From NCBI GenBank assembly GCA_043808785.1, contig JAZDEL010000006.1:60001-92000 (forward strand): a DNA stretch of 32,000 nt, given 5' to 3'. Position numbers and translations under genes: made by a program. The stretch's first letter is position 1. Each line of letters begins with the position of its first letter. The notes beneath the pieces are model-generated. The model saw only the letters and a program-made list of their open reading frames with translations, was not told where the DNA came from and did no database searches. Positions 22,649 through 31,672 of this stretch are shown in pieces. Source of the stretch: Candidatus Iainarchaeum sp. GTDB lineage: Archaea; Iainarchaeota; Iainarchaeia; Iainarchaeales; JAZDEL01.

Positions 22649-23832
22649 TCAGTTGCCTCCTTTACACAGGCATCCAAATCACGCATTTTAACCTTGAACC
22701 CGTGCTTCCCCGAGCAATAATACGCACTCTTCGCTGAATTAGTCGCAATGCATTTGAACCTTCCCTTTATTGGGGCAACAACCATGCATGTGTCGCACGC
22801 GAATTTTGCGCCAGCGCGCTCGATTTTCTCAGTGTAACCCATCGTGTCCGCGATTTTCTTAGTAGGCCTCGCTGTGCAAACCCAGAACTCCTTCCCCGCC
22901 TTTACCTTTTTCCCTTCGAGCAGTTCCGCAAGTTTTGCAATTTCCTTTATGCTCGCGTGCGGGCAGCCTATGCTTATTATGTCCGCGGCTTCCGAAGGGG
23001 AGGCGGTATTCATCTTCGCCTTTGCCTCATCAATATCCTTGCGCGAAACAGCAAAACTCTCGCCCGGAGTTTTTGTTTTATCAGGGGTTACCCTCTCCAT
23101 ATGGAACATCGCGGTTCCGCCATAAGTGGCAATGCTCGCGCTCAAACTCTTGAGTTCCTCGATTGAAGCATTTTTAACCCCGATAATTAGCGGAATTTTG
23201 TTTTTTATTTTATTCCCAATCACGTGTCCAAGTGCGCCGAAATCCGTCTCGCCATTAAGTTCAGTTTCAACAGTTACCTTAACCTGTGCCTGCCTGTTCT
23301 CGTCAAGATGCAGGCCGAATTCGGGCGTTCTTCCCGCAATCGCGGCTGCAATCGCGCTTGGGCCGCCCTCCCTGTTAGTGCGCGCGCCGAGAACCGAGTT
23401 AGCAAAGCACACAGCGCTCGACTCGCTCCATGCAATATGCTCCCCGAACCTCGGCAAATTCCCGATTAGGTAAGGGGTGCAGGTACAAGTAGTTACAATC
23501 CCCATCTTCCTGAAAGCGTCAATAACTAATTTTTGCTTTTTCGCAAACTCGGGCGGAATGCCAAGTGCCTCCCAGTTCTCCAAATCCATCCCCGCAGGGT
23601 TAAGCGTTGTCAGCACCCTTACCATGCCATCCTTCGCCATTTCATCAAGGAATTCCAGCCCCGCATCCCCGAGGTTATCATAAGAAACCCCTGCAACCTG
23701 CACGCTTGCAACAGGCACCATCCTCTCCGCGCCGAAAATCTCCCCGAGCGCAACGAGAATTTCCATGCTCTTCTTTGCCGCGTTCCCGTGCTTTCCAGCG
23801 AGCATTTCCTGCTCTTCTTTTGTAAGTTGCAT
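22645..23832 (-). CDS. phosphomevalonate dehydratase large subunit (aconitase X catalytic domain)
   Basis: The ATG at 23832 (MQLTKEEQEMLAGKHGNAAKKSMEILVALGEIFGAERMVPV...) gives the typical AcnX N-terminus. CTCTPY and GCPH cysteine motifs are present. Confidence 0.8.
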   Translation of the reverse strand: MQLTKEEQEMLAGKHGNAAKKSMEILVALGEIFGAERMVPVASVQVAGVSYDNLGDAGLEFLDEMAKDGMVRVLTTLNPAGMDLENWEALGIPPEFAKKQKLVIDAFRKMGIVTTCTCTPYLIGNLPRFGEHIAWSESSAVCFANSVLGARTNREGGPSAIAAAIAGRTPEFGLHLDENRQAQVKVTVETELNGETDFGALGHVIGNKIKNKIPLIIGVKNASIEELKSLSASIATYGGTAMFHMERVTPDKTKTPGESFAVSRKDIDEAKAKMNTASPSEAADIISIGCPHASIKEIAKLAELLEGKKVKAGKEFWVCTARPTKKIADTMGYTEKIERAGAKFACDTCMVVAPIKGRFKCIATNSAKSAYYCSGKHGFKVKMRDLDACVKEATE

Positions 23833-23867
23833 GCTTTTTCCCTTCTGCACAAAAACAATGTTGAACC

Positions 23868-24605
23868 TTATATTAATGGTTTCTTCATCTTAAGGAACCC
23901 TGTTGGGCGCCTTTTCACCCTTAAGTCCCTTTGCGGGAAATGTTCGTAAATCGGCGTGTTGTTCCGTCTCGTTTCCAGCGCAAGCCTAGCCTTTTGATAG
24001 TTGTCAATCAGTGCATTTAGTTCCTTTTTCGGCACATTTCCTGCGGCGTGCGCTTGCTGGATTTTTTTGTGCAGGCTGAGTAATTCCCATTCAAGCCTGC
24101 CGACTTTTTGAGAGGGCGGGATTATGTGTTCAGCGGCATGGCTCTCAATAGCCGATTTGAGCCCGACAGGCATTTCCGTGGACGGTTTGCCAATTTTTTT
24201 CTTCCGCTGCCCGAGTTTCCTTGCAACTTTGTTTATTTCATTTAACGAATGTACTAGCAGGTCGTTTAACGAAACGAAGTGCACTCCGCTGCCCTTGAGG
24301 GCCGCCTTCGCTATATTTTTGTAGTCCGCGGGCGCAGCGGTATATGCAATAACCGTGCTTTTTTTGGCGGCAGACCTCAGAAAAGGTTCAAGGAAAACAA
24401 TGTGTGGCCACTTGTCATGGAATAAATCTGACATAACAACATCAAAGGTTTTACTTTGTATCAGCCCATTTGCCTTCGTAAAGTCGTCACACACGGTTAT
24501 TTCGCAATTAGCCCACTTCTTCATATAAGAAACGAGCGACTCCGACAACTTCGGGCTGTCTTCCACAAGCAGGACTTTTGGCACCCCCGTCTTTTGCTTT
24601 GCCAC
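23868..24605 (-). CDS. CheY-like receiver-domain protein with a C-terminal coiled-coil/basic tail (GTG start)
   Basis: VLLVEDSP (acidic pocket), FDVVMSDL (phospho-acceptor Asp position) and VIAYTA (Thr position) are present. The conserved Lys is not evident. The GTG lies 2 nt after the UbiD-like stop. Confidence 0.55.
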   Translation of the reverse strand: MAKQKTGVPKVLLVEDSPKLSESLVSYMKKWANCEITVCDDFTKANGLIQSKTFDVVMSDLFHDKWPHIVFLEPFLRSAAKKSTVIAYTAAPADYKNIAKAALKGSGVHFVSLNDLLVHSLNEINKVARKLGQRKKKIGKPSTEMPVGLKSAIESHAAEHIIPPSQKVGRLEWELLSLHKKIQQAHAAGNVPKKELNALIDNYQKARLALETRRNNTPIYEHFPQRDLRVKRRPTGFLKMKKPLI

Positions 24606-24607
24606 AG

Positions 24608-25915
24608 TTAGTTCCCCTTCAAAAATTTGCCAATGTCAACCTTCGGCACAGGCACCTTTGAAAAATCCTTCCCGTGCGCAACTATGGGCTTCGTCATGTC
24701 GAACCCCGCCTTGCACGTCGCCCTCGTGTTCGGGTCCGCGCTCGGGTCTATGCTCGACCCTTTTTCATTCGGCTTCATAACGAAATCCTTGTCCGCCTGG
24801 AAGCGCGTTGACATCGCCCACTCGACATCCTGCGGATTGTAGATGTTTATGTCGTCATCAACAACAAAAACATGCTTGCACGACCTGTGCCCGCGCATTG
24901 CGGCTTCAATAGCCCTCTTCCCGTCCTCTTCCGCGCGCTTCTGTATCTGCACAATCACGTGCAGCCACGAGCACCCGCCCGTGCTTACAAAAACATCCCT
25001 GCATTTCACGCCCGCCTTCTCCACTTCCTTGAATACCGTGGGCTCCTTAGGCATCCCCATCAGCAGCCTGTGCTCGTAATATGAGGAAAGAAGCGCGTGG
25101 TAAATAGGGTTCTTCCTGTGCGTGATTTTCTTCACCTCAAAAACAGGCTGCTCCCTCTGCACGTCCATGGTTCCCGTCAAATCAACAAACGGCCCCTCCT
25201 TCGCGGTTTCCTTTGTGAAGCGCCCTTCAAGGACGAACTCGGCGTCGGCGGGAACCATGACGTCCGTGCTTTTTGCTTTTGTTATTTTCAATGGTTCAAG
25301 CGTGTTTGCAATCGTGAACTCGTCGATGCCGAGGTCCACGGATGTCGCCCCCGCAAGCAGCACATTCGGGCTCATGCCTATGCAGAACGCGGCATCAAGT
25401 TCTCCGTCATTGCGCTTTATGAACTCGTTCAGGTGCCTCTCAAGTATGCGCATCGTGAACTTATTTTTCCCAATCTGCAGCGCCCTGTGGAAAGAAAGGT
25501 TCATTCCCGCCTCGCGGTCGCGTGCAAAGACAATGCCGGCCGTAACATAGTTGCCTGCTTCCCCCCCGAAGTGGTGCAGCAGCGGCAGCTTGTCAAGGTC
25601 AACAGGCATCTCCATTTCCTTGCATGGCGCGTCCTTCACAACCGCAGGCTCCGTCCTTGCATCCAGCGCCCTAATCATGCGCGGAATTAATTCCCGTGTT
25701 TTTATCCCGAAATACTCCGCAATCAAATCCTTCGTGCTGAAAAAATTCGCGGCAGTCCGTATTCCCGTTCCCCCGATATCCTCGAAAACCATCGGCTGTT
25801 CCGGCATTGCAGCCATTATCCCCGCAGCCTCGAACTTCTTCGAAACCTTGCCTGAAATTTTCCTGACCCTGCCCTGCTTCTCCAATTTTGCAACGAACTC
25901 CCTGAAACCCATCAT
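24608..25915 (-). CDS. UbiD-family decarboxylase (candidate anhydromevalonate phosphate decarboxylase)
   Basis: 435-aa ORF with a UbiD-like N-terminus (FREFVAKLEKQGRVRKISG). A GGAGG Shine-Dalgarno sequence lies upstream. The gene sits next to ubiX and the AcnX genes. Confidence 0.8.
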   Translation of the reverse strand: MMGFREFVAKLEKQGRVRKISGKVSKKFEAAGIMAAMPEQPMVFEDIGGTGIRTAANFFSTKDLIAEYFGIKTRELIPRMIRALDARTEPAVVKDAPCKEMEMPVDLDKLPLLHHFGGEAGNYVTAGIVFARDREAGMNLSFHRALQIGKNKFTMRILERHLNEFIKRNDGELDAAFCIGMSPNVLLAGATSVDLGIDEFTIANTLEPLKITKAKSTDVMVPADAEFVLEGRFTKETAKEGPFVDLTGTMDVQREQPVFEVKKITHRKNPIYHALLSSYYEHRLLMGMPKEPTVFKEVEKAGVKCRDVFVSTGGCSWLHVIVQIQKRAEEDGKRAIEAAMRGHRSCKHVFVVDDDINIYNPQDVEWAMSTRFQADKDFVMKPNEKGSSIDPSADPNTRATCKAGFDMTKPIVAHGKDFSKVPVPKVDIGKFLKGN

Positions 25916-25963
25916 GAACCCTCCAAACCATTGCCGCGTTTTTTGTTTTGTTATTTTGTTTTT

Positions 25964-26557
25964 TTATTTCCGATTCCCCGCAATTGCTTGCTTTCCTTCC
26001 CAGCGCCTGTAAAGGTTGTTCTCCAACCCAATTAAATCCATAACCTTCCCCGCAACAAAGTTCTCCAAATCGCCTATGGTTTTGGGTTTGTGGTAAAACC
26101 CGGGGCTGAGCGGAAAGACAATCCCTCCGGCAACCGCAATCTTGTGCAGGTTCTCGAGTGCGGGTGCGCTCAGCGGAGTCTCCCTCACGCACACGACCAG
26201 CGGCTTCCTTGTGCGCAGCATGTTGTCGGCACAGCGCGTTATAAGCGTGTTTGTGTACGCATTAGCAATCCCCGAGCACGTCTTCACGCTCGTGGGAACA
26301 ACAACCATTGCATCCACTTTAAACGAGGTGCTTGAAACCTTTGCCCCCATCTCCTTTTCCGAGTAGTGGAAGTGCGCCAGTTCTTTTATTTGCTTTGCCC
26401 CAATGTTCGCTTCGGCCTTAACCAGTTCCTCCGCCCACTCGCTCATTATCAGGTGCATCTCAACGCCCCTTTCCTTCCCCAGCGCCTTAAGCAGTGCAAC
26501 CGCGTAATTCACTCCAGATGCGCCGCTCATTGCAATAATTATCCTGCGCTTAGCCAT
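25964..26557 (-). CDS. ubiX: flavin prenyltransferase UbiX
   Basis: The ATG at 26557 (MAKRRIIIAMSGASGVNYAVALLKAL) matches the UbiX/Pad1 family. The start lies 1 nt after the MVK stop. Confidence 0.88.
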   Translation of the reverse strand: MAKRRIIIAMSGASGVNYAVALLKALGKERGVEMHLIMSEWAEELVKAEANIGAKQIKELAHFHYSEKEMGAKVSSTSFKVDAMVVVPTSVKTCSGIANAYTNTLITRCADNMLRTRKPLVVCVRETPLSAPALENLHKIAVAGGIVFPLSPGFYHKPKTIGDLENFVAGKVMDLIGLENNLYRRWEGKQAIAGNRK

Positions 26558-26558
26558 G

Positions 26559-27497
26559 TCACACACCGATTCTTGTTTTCACACTCGAATATCCGAGTTT
26601 TTCAATCGCTTCCGCAACCTTCCCCTGCAGGTCCTTCCCTGGCGTGAGCGCAACCATAAGCCCGCCCCTTCCTGTGCCTGTCAATTTTGCCCCCAGTGCC
26701 CCCGCACCGCGCGCGGCACCAACCATCTCATCCAACTCATCACAACTAACCGTAATTTTTTGCAGGAGTCCGTGGTTTTTGTTCATCAGACCGCCAACCT
26801 TTTTGAAGTCGGAAGCAAGCAGGGCTTTTTTCGCCTCCTCCGCAATTTTTTCATACTCATCAAAAACCTTCGCGGTTTCGTTTGGTTTTTCATCCTTAAG
26901 CCTGCGCACGTCAGCAATCACTTCCTTAGTGCTGCTTGTCCTCCCGCTGTTGCCTAGCACAATCTCCACAGGCTTCTCCATTTTCAGTTTCTCCATTTCG
27001 TTCTTCCCCCCATCAGCGCCCTTCCTGAAAACAATCATCCCGCCGTAAACCGCCGCGGTATTGTCAATCCCGCTCGGCGTGCCGTGCGGCCCCTTCTCGC
27101 CCTCATATGCGGCCTCGTTTATTTTCTCATTATTCCGGCCCATTTTGAACTCGTCATCAATCGCCCGTGCAAGCGCGGTAGCGCACGCCGCGCTCGCCCC
27201 CACGCCCGAAGCCGCAACCAATGTTCCGCCAAGCGTGATGCGCACCTGCTCCTTCACGCCCATGAACGCAAGCACATTCTCAATCAGCGCCTCGTATTCC
27301 CCGCGCTTCTGAACCTTATACCCCGGTGTTTCGGGCCTGTTGTCAACAAGTTCGTATTTTTTCCCGTTTGCCAATTTCACGCGCCCGACCTTGGCAGTTG
27401 TCGCATCCCCGAGCGCGCACGCAATCGCGGACATTCCATAAACAACGAAATGTTCGCCGAAAAGGATTGTTTTCCCGAAGCCCGAACCAGTGCCCAT
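26559..27497 (-). CDS. mvk: mevalonate kinase (GHMP family)
   Basis: ATG at 27497 (MGTGSGFGKTILFGEHFVVYG). The GHMP motif is ASGVGASAACATALARA, and the C-terminal motif is KLTGTGRGG. Confidence 0.85.
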   Translation of the reverse strand: MGTGSGFGKTILFGEHFVVYGMSAIACALGDATTAKVGRVKLANGKKYELVDNRPETPGYKVQKRGEYEALIENVLAFMGVKEQVRITLGGTLVAASGVGASAACATALARAIDDEFKMGRNNEKINEAAYEGEKGPHGTPSGIDNTAAVYGGMIVFRKGADGGKNEMEKLKMEKPVEIVLGNSGRTSSTKEVIADVRRLKDEKPNETAKVFDEYEKIAEEAKKALLASDFKKVGGLMNKNHGLLQKITVSCDELDEMVGAARGAGALGAKLTGTGRGGLMVALTPGKDLQGKVAEAIEKLGYSSVKTRIGV

Positions 27498-27618
27498 TGC
27501 AACCAACCGCGCCCAAAAAACCAAACCGCCATCCAAAAAACAGAAAACGGTTTTTTGTTTTTCGTTTCCGCCAACCAAGAAACCAAATGCGTTTTTGTTT
27601 TTTTATTTCCGCTTCCCC

Positions 27619-28020
27619 TTACTTCACGACCCTGAACTTGTAGCCGTAGGCAATCGCCCCTTCTTTCCTCTGCTCGGAAATCTTCCTGAAAACCTTCTCC
27701 ACATGTGCGCCTATCCTTACCTTTTCATTTTCGCTGTCCACGACCTGGCTTAACAGCCTCGCGCCGTTCTCAAGTTCTATTATCGCAAGGAAATAAGGCG
27801 TTTCGTGGTCGAACCCCGTGGGTCCTGTCATTACCTCCGTGTATGAAATAACCTTCCCCTTCCTCGGCATCTGCTTTGCTGAAAGCTTCCCGCGCCTCCT
27901 GCAGTTCGGGCAAACTCCCCTTGCCGGGAAGAAATCCTCGCCGCATGTGCTGCACGAATTGCCGGCAAGCGTGTAGCGCTCGGGGAACTTCCTCCAGATT
28001 AACGGCAGTGCTTCGCTCAT
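27619..28020 (-). CDS. DUF35 OB-fold/zinc-ribbon protein (scaffold of the thiolase/HMG-CoA synthase complex)
   Basis: The ATG at 28020 starts the ORF. A CSTCGEDFFPARGVCPNC zinc ribbon is followed by an OB-fold region. Confidence 0.8.
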   Translation of the reverse strand: MSEALPLIWRKFPERYTLAGNSCSTCGEDFFPARGVCPNCRRRGKLSAKQMPRKGKVISYTEVMTGPTGFDHETPYFLAIIELENGARLLSQVVDSENEKVRIGAHVEKVFRKISEQRKEGAIAYGYKFRVVK

Positions 28021-28021
28021 T

Positions 28022-29308
28022 TCATGCACCCCCCGCAACACAATATGCGAATTTATTTCCCGTTAATTTCCTCTCGACAAGCCCCTCTTCAGACATCCGC
28101 AATAGAACATCGCGCACATGCCTTCCCGACCTTTTGCACGCCTTTGAAATGCCCGAAGCGGTTGCGAGAACGCCCTGCGCATTAAGATTTGTGATTGCTT
28201 TAATATAGTTCTCCGAAGCCTCGTGGCGCGGGAAAGACTCGAGCCCGTCAACATACCTGCCAAGAACATGCACGAGTTTGTTTTCCTTCCGTTCCAGGCC
28301 GAAACCGACCTTCTCGAGATATTTCCGCAGGTTCTCCCTACCGCTTATTATAAGTGTCCAATTGAGCGTAACTTCCCCGCTGCTTTTGAAATTGCGCCCC
28401 CTGACGACTATTTTTGATTTAATGCCCATGACTTCCAATGACTGCTGAACATCCGACAGCAACTGCGGCTTTTTTGCGGCAGTTTCTTCCGCAGCGGTTG
28501 TGGGGCATATCAGAGTAATCACCCTGCAGTGATAATTATCCACAACACAGCCGTCATCGTCAAACAGCCGTCTCAGGAGGGCTATAAGCGGCTTTCTATC
28601 GCCCGCCGCAATGAACTGCCTGGGAATTCCTAATTCGTAATTATAATTTTTGTTGCCGTCAGGAATCCCGATAGTGCCGAGGATTACGCCGATTATTTTG
28701 GGGAAAATTACGCAGGGCACGCCGCTTGTCGACCTGTGGCGTGCAAACCTGACATCGCCAAATGTGGAAACAACCGCACCCACAAAACTATCGACCTGCT
28801 GGCGCTCGTTGTTGAAGTACCAGACGCGCATCTTGCTTTTTTCTATCCCGCCGTCGCCCAAAACTCCGCCAACAACAAGCCCGAATTCCTCGGTCAAAAT
28901 TTCGAAAGGCAGCTTCGGGTTTTTTATTTTCTCTTTTGATTTCAGGGTTTTCAATTCAATTACTTTCTTTTCTATCTTCCGCCCGTTAATGCCAAGTTCA
29001 TCCGCAGCCCTGGCCAAAAACGAAAGCGGCATGCCGCTCCTTCCGACGGAATACCGCCTTGCGGATTCGCCCCTGCCGAGCCCGAAAGCCCTTGCGATTG
29101 CGGAAAACGAGCCGTGTTTCTTCAAGAGCGCCCCGAATAGTTCCTTCCTGAACTCGGCATCCAGCGTAACGCGAATTTTGCCCGCAGGCAAATCAAAAAG
29201 GGAAATGCTCGCCATTTCATCTTCACCAGCAATAAATATGTTTTTTATCCCCTTAAATAGTTTCGGGAGAGTGCATTTCCGGTGCGAAACAGAAATTTCC
29301 GTATTCAT
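28022..29308 (-). CDS. double-motif LAGLIDADG endonuclease-like protein with flanking HTH/winged-helix domains
   Basis: ATG at 29308 (MNTEIS...). Motif 1 is LVVGGVLGDGGI and motif 2 is LLRRLFDDDGCVV. A C-terminal wHTH-like segment (SGISKACKRSGRHVRDVLLRMSEEGLVERK) is present. No Hint/intein splice motifs were seen. Confidence 0.7.
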   Translation of the reverse strand: MNTEISVSHRKCTLPKLFKGIKNIFIAGEDEMASISLFDLPAGKIRVTLDAEFRKELFGALLKKHGSFSAIARAFGLGRGESARRYSVGRSGMPLSFLARAADELGINGRKIEKKVIELKTLKSKEKIKNPKLPFEILTEEFGLVVGGVLGDGGIEKSKMRVWYFNNERQQVDSFVGAVVSTFGDVRFARHRSTSGVPCVIFPKIIGVILGTIGIPDGNKNYNYELGIPRQFIAAGDRKPLIALLRRLFDDDGCVVDNYHCRVITLICPTTAAEETAAKKPQLLSDVQQSLEVMGIKSKIVVRGRNFKSSGEVTLNWTLIISGRENLRKYLEKVGFGLERKENKLVHVLGRYVDGLESFPRHEASENYIKAITNLNAQGVLATASGISKACKRSGRHVRDVLLRMSEEGLVERKLTGNKFAYCVAGGA

Positions 29309-30474
29309 CTTTTCCCCTCCAGTGCCTGCAAAATGTGAATCACGCATGTTGCCCCACTCCCCCCGATATTGTGCGTCAGCCCTATGTGCGCATTCTTAAC
29401 CTGCCTCTTCCCCGTAACCCCCCTTACTTGCTCGCAAATCTCGATAGCCTGCTTAACGCCTGTTGCGCCGACAGGGTGCCCGCATTTAAGCCCGCCCGAG
29501 GTGTTAATCGGGATTTCACCTTTTAGTGCGGTTTTTCCGTCCTCGCTTGCTTTTCCCCCTTTGCCCTTTTTGAAGAACCCCAAATCCTCTATTGCAAGTA
29601 TTTCCGCGATTGTAAAGCAGTCATGCACTTCCGCCAAATCAATATCCGAAATCTTAAGTCCCGACTGCCTGAGCGCCTCCTGCACCGCAACCTTCGTCGC
29701 CCACAGTTCGGTAAGGCTCTTCCTGCTAGCAACGGCAAGAGTATCCGAAGCCTGCGCGCTCGCAATAATCTCGACAGGTTCCTCACACAGTTTTCTTGCC
29801 TTATCCGTCGCACACAGGATTGCCGCTGCTGCACCGTCGCTGATGGGCGAGCAATCCAGCAGTTTCAGGGGAGTTGCAACATACCCTGAATTCATCACAT
29901 CCTCAATTGTAATTTCATTGTGGAATTGTGAGTGGGGGCTGTGCATGCCGTTCGCATGGTTCTTCACTGCAACAGCGGCCATCTGTTCCTCCGTTGTTTT
30001 GAACTCGTGCATATGCCTCCTTGCAAGCAGCGCATAGAGTGCGGGGAAAGTTGCGCCCTGGAAAAGCTCGGTTTCCTGGTCCCCCGCGCCCCCCAAAGCA
30101 AAGCCCGCTTCCTCGGTGCTTACCTCAGTCATCTTCTCCGCCCCGCCGACAGCAACAACATCATACATTCCGGAAGCGATCGCGTGGTAAGCCGCCCTAA
30201 GGGCAACCCCGCCAGAAGCGCATGCAGCCTCAACACGCGTGCTCGGCGCGGGATTCAGCCCTAACTGATCCGCAATAAGCGCCCCAATATGCTCCTGCCC
30301 TATGAACCTTCCAGAAGCCATGCATCCGCCGTAAACCGCCTCTATATCCGCCCCGCTTATGCACGCGTCGCTTATCGCCATTATTCCCGCCTCGGCAATA
30401 AGCTCGCGGAACGACTTGCCCCAGTGCTCCCCGAATTTCGTTATGCCCGCGCCGATAACCGAAACGCTCCTCAT
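29305..30474 (-). CDS. acetyl-CoA C-acetyltransferase (archaeal thiolase)
   Basis: ATG at 30474 (MRSVSVIGAGITKFGEHW). EAACASGG carries the active-site Cys, and GGLKCGHPVGATG and NIGGSGA are present. Confidence 0.9.
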   Translation of the reverse strand: MRSVSVIGAGITKFGEHWGKSFRELIAEAGIMAISDACISGADIEAVYGGCMASGRFIGQEHIGALIADQLGLNPAPSTRVEAACASGGVALRAAYHAIASGMYDVVAVGGAEKMTEVSTEEAGFALGGAGDQETELFQGATFPALYALLARRHMHEFKTTEEQMAAVAVKNHANGMHSPHSQFHNEITIEDVMNSGYVATPLKLLDCSPISDGAAAAILCATDKARKLCEEPVEIIASAQASDTLAVASRKSLTELWATKVAVQEALRQSGLKISDIDLAEVHDCFTIAEILAIEDLGFFKKGKGGKASEDGKTALKGEIPINTSGGLKCGHPVGATGVKQAIEICEQVRGVTGKRQVKNAHIGLTHNIGGSGATCVIHILQALEGKR

Positions 30475-30600
30475 GCCGCGCACCCCGTGCCAATGCCGAT
30501 TGCGGAAACGCCTCTCATAGCATCAACCCTTTCGACAAATTTTCCCGCAAAACCCCGCCCGTGAACCCGCGCGCGGTTTTTTGTTTTTTTGCCGCCCCCG

Positions 30601-31647
30601 TCAGAGCGACTTCAGCTTCCTCCTGTGTTTCGTGTAAAGCGCGTAATCGATGTACTTTTTCTCCTTTACCATTTCAAGCACAGGCACCTTCGCCCTTCTC
30701 CCCGGGATGTTCCTTGTGGCAGTAAATGAGAACGCATCGCTTCCCGCCCCCGAACCGTAACTTACCGCAAGAATTTTCTGCTTCGGCTTTGCAACATCAA
30801 GAATGCTCGCCAGGCCCAGCATTGTTGAGCCCGAGTATGTGTTGCCTATTATGGGCGTTACCAGGCCCTGCTCCAGCCTCCCCCTTTCCACGCCCAGAAT
30901 TTTCCCCGCGCGCAAAGGAAACTTCCCGTTGGGCTGGTGGAAAACCACGTAATCGAAATCCGAAACCTTCTCCCCCGTCCTGTTCAGCAGCCCCTTTGCG
31001 GCGCCAACCACATGCCTGAAATATGCCGGCTCTCCTGTGAAACGCCCCCCGTGCTCGGGGAACTCCGCGTGCTGCCTCCTCCAGAAATCGGGCGTGTCAG
31101 TTGTGAATGAAAATGTGTCATTAACCCGCGCAATAATTTCCTTCGGCTTCCTGCCGATTATTATCGCCGCCCCGCCGCTCCCCGCGGTGTATTCAAGCGC
31201 ATCACCGGGCTTCCCCTGTGCAGTGTCCGCGCCTATAGCCATCCCGTACTCTATCATTTTGCTCTCGCAAAACCCTATGCACATCTGCACCCCCGCAGTG
31301 CCGGCCTTGCACGCAAACTCCAAATCCGCAGCCATGTACTCGGGCGCTGCGCCTATCGCGTCCCCGACAATTGTTGATGTGGGCTTCACAGCATAAGGGT
31401 GGCTCTCGCTCCCCACGTAAAGCGCCCCTATTTTGATTGCATCAATCTTCGCGGTTTCCACAGCGCGCCTTGCCGCTTCCACAGAAATGGTTGCGCAGTC
31501 CTCGTCATAGGCGGCAACAGCCTTCTCCCTCACCCCCAGGCCCGCGCTTATGCGCTTTCCGTCCTTTTCCCAGACGCGCGCTATATCCTCGACCGCAATC
31601 CTGAACTTCGGCACATATGCGCCGTAACCCACAATTCCGCAATCCAT
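30601..31647 (-). CDS. hydroxymethylglutaryl-CoA synthase (archaeal)
   Basis: IVGYGAYVPKFRI, ACKAGTAG carrying the catalytic Cys, FHQPNGKFP and SYGSGAGSDAF are present. Confidence 0.9.
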   Translation of the reverse strand: MDCGIVGYGAYVPKFRIAVEDIARVWEKDGKRISAGLGVREKAVAAYDEDCATISVEAARRAVETAKIDAIKIGALYVGSESHPYAVKPTSTIVGDAIGAAPEYMAADLEFACKAGTAGVQMCIGFCESKMIEYGMAIGADTAQGKPGDALEYTAGSGGAAIIIGRKPKEIIARVNDTFSFTTDTPDFWRRQHAEFPEHGGRFTGEPAYFRHVVGAAKGLLNRTGEKVSDFDYVVFHQPNGKFPLRAGKILGVERGRLEQGLVTPIIGNTYSGSTMLGLASILDVAKPKQKILAVSYGSGAGSDAFSFTATRNIPGRRAKVPVLEMVKEKKYIDYALYTKHRRKLKSL

Positions 31648-31672
31648 ATGCCCACCGGTTATTAATGTTCAA

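Noticed and set aside
28022-29347. The LAGLIDADG ORF as an intein within the thiolase or DUF35 gene.
   Set aside because: It is a separate reading frame with its own ATG and stop. Thiolase and DUF35 are complete without it. No Cys/Ser/Thr N-terminal splice residue or terminal His-Asn motif is present.
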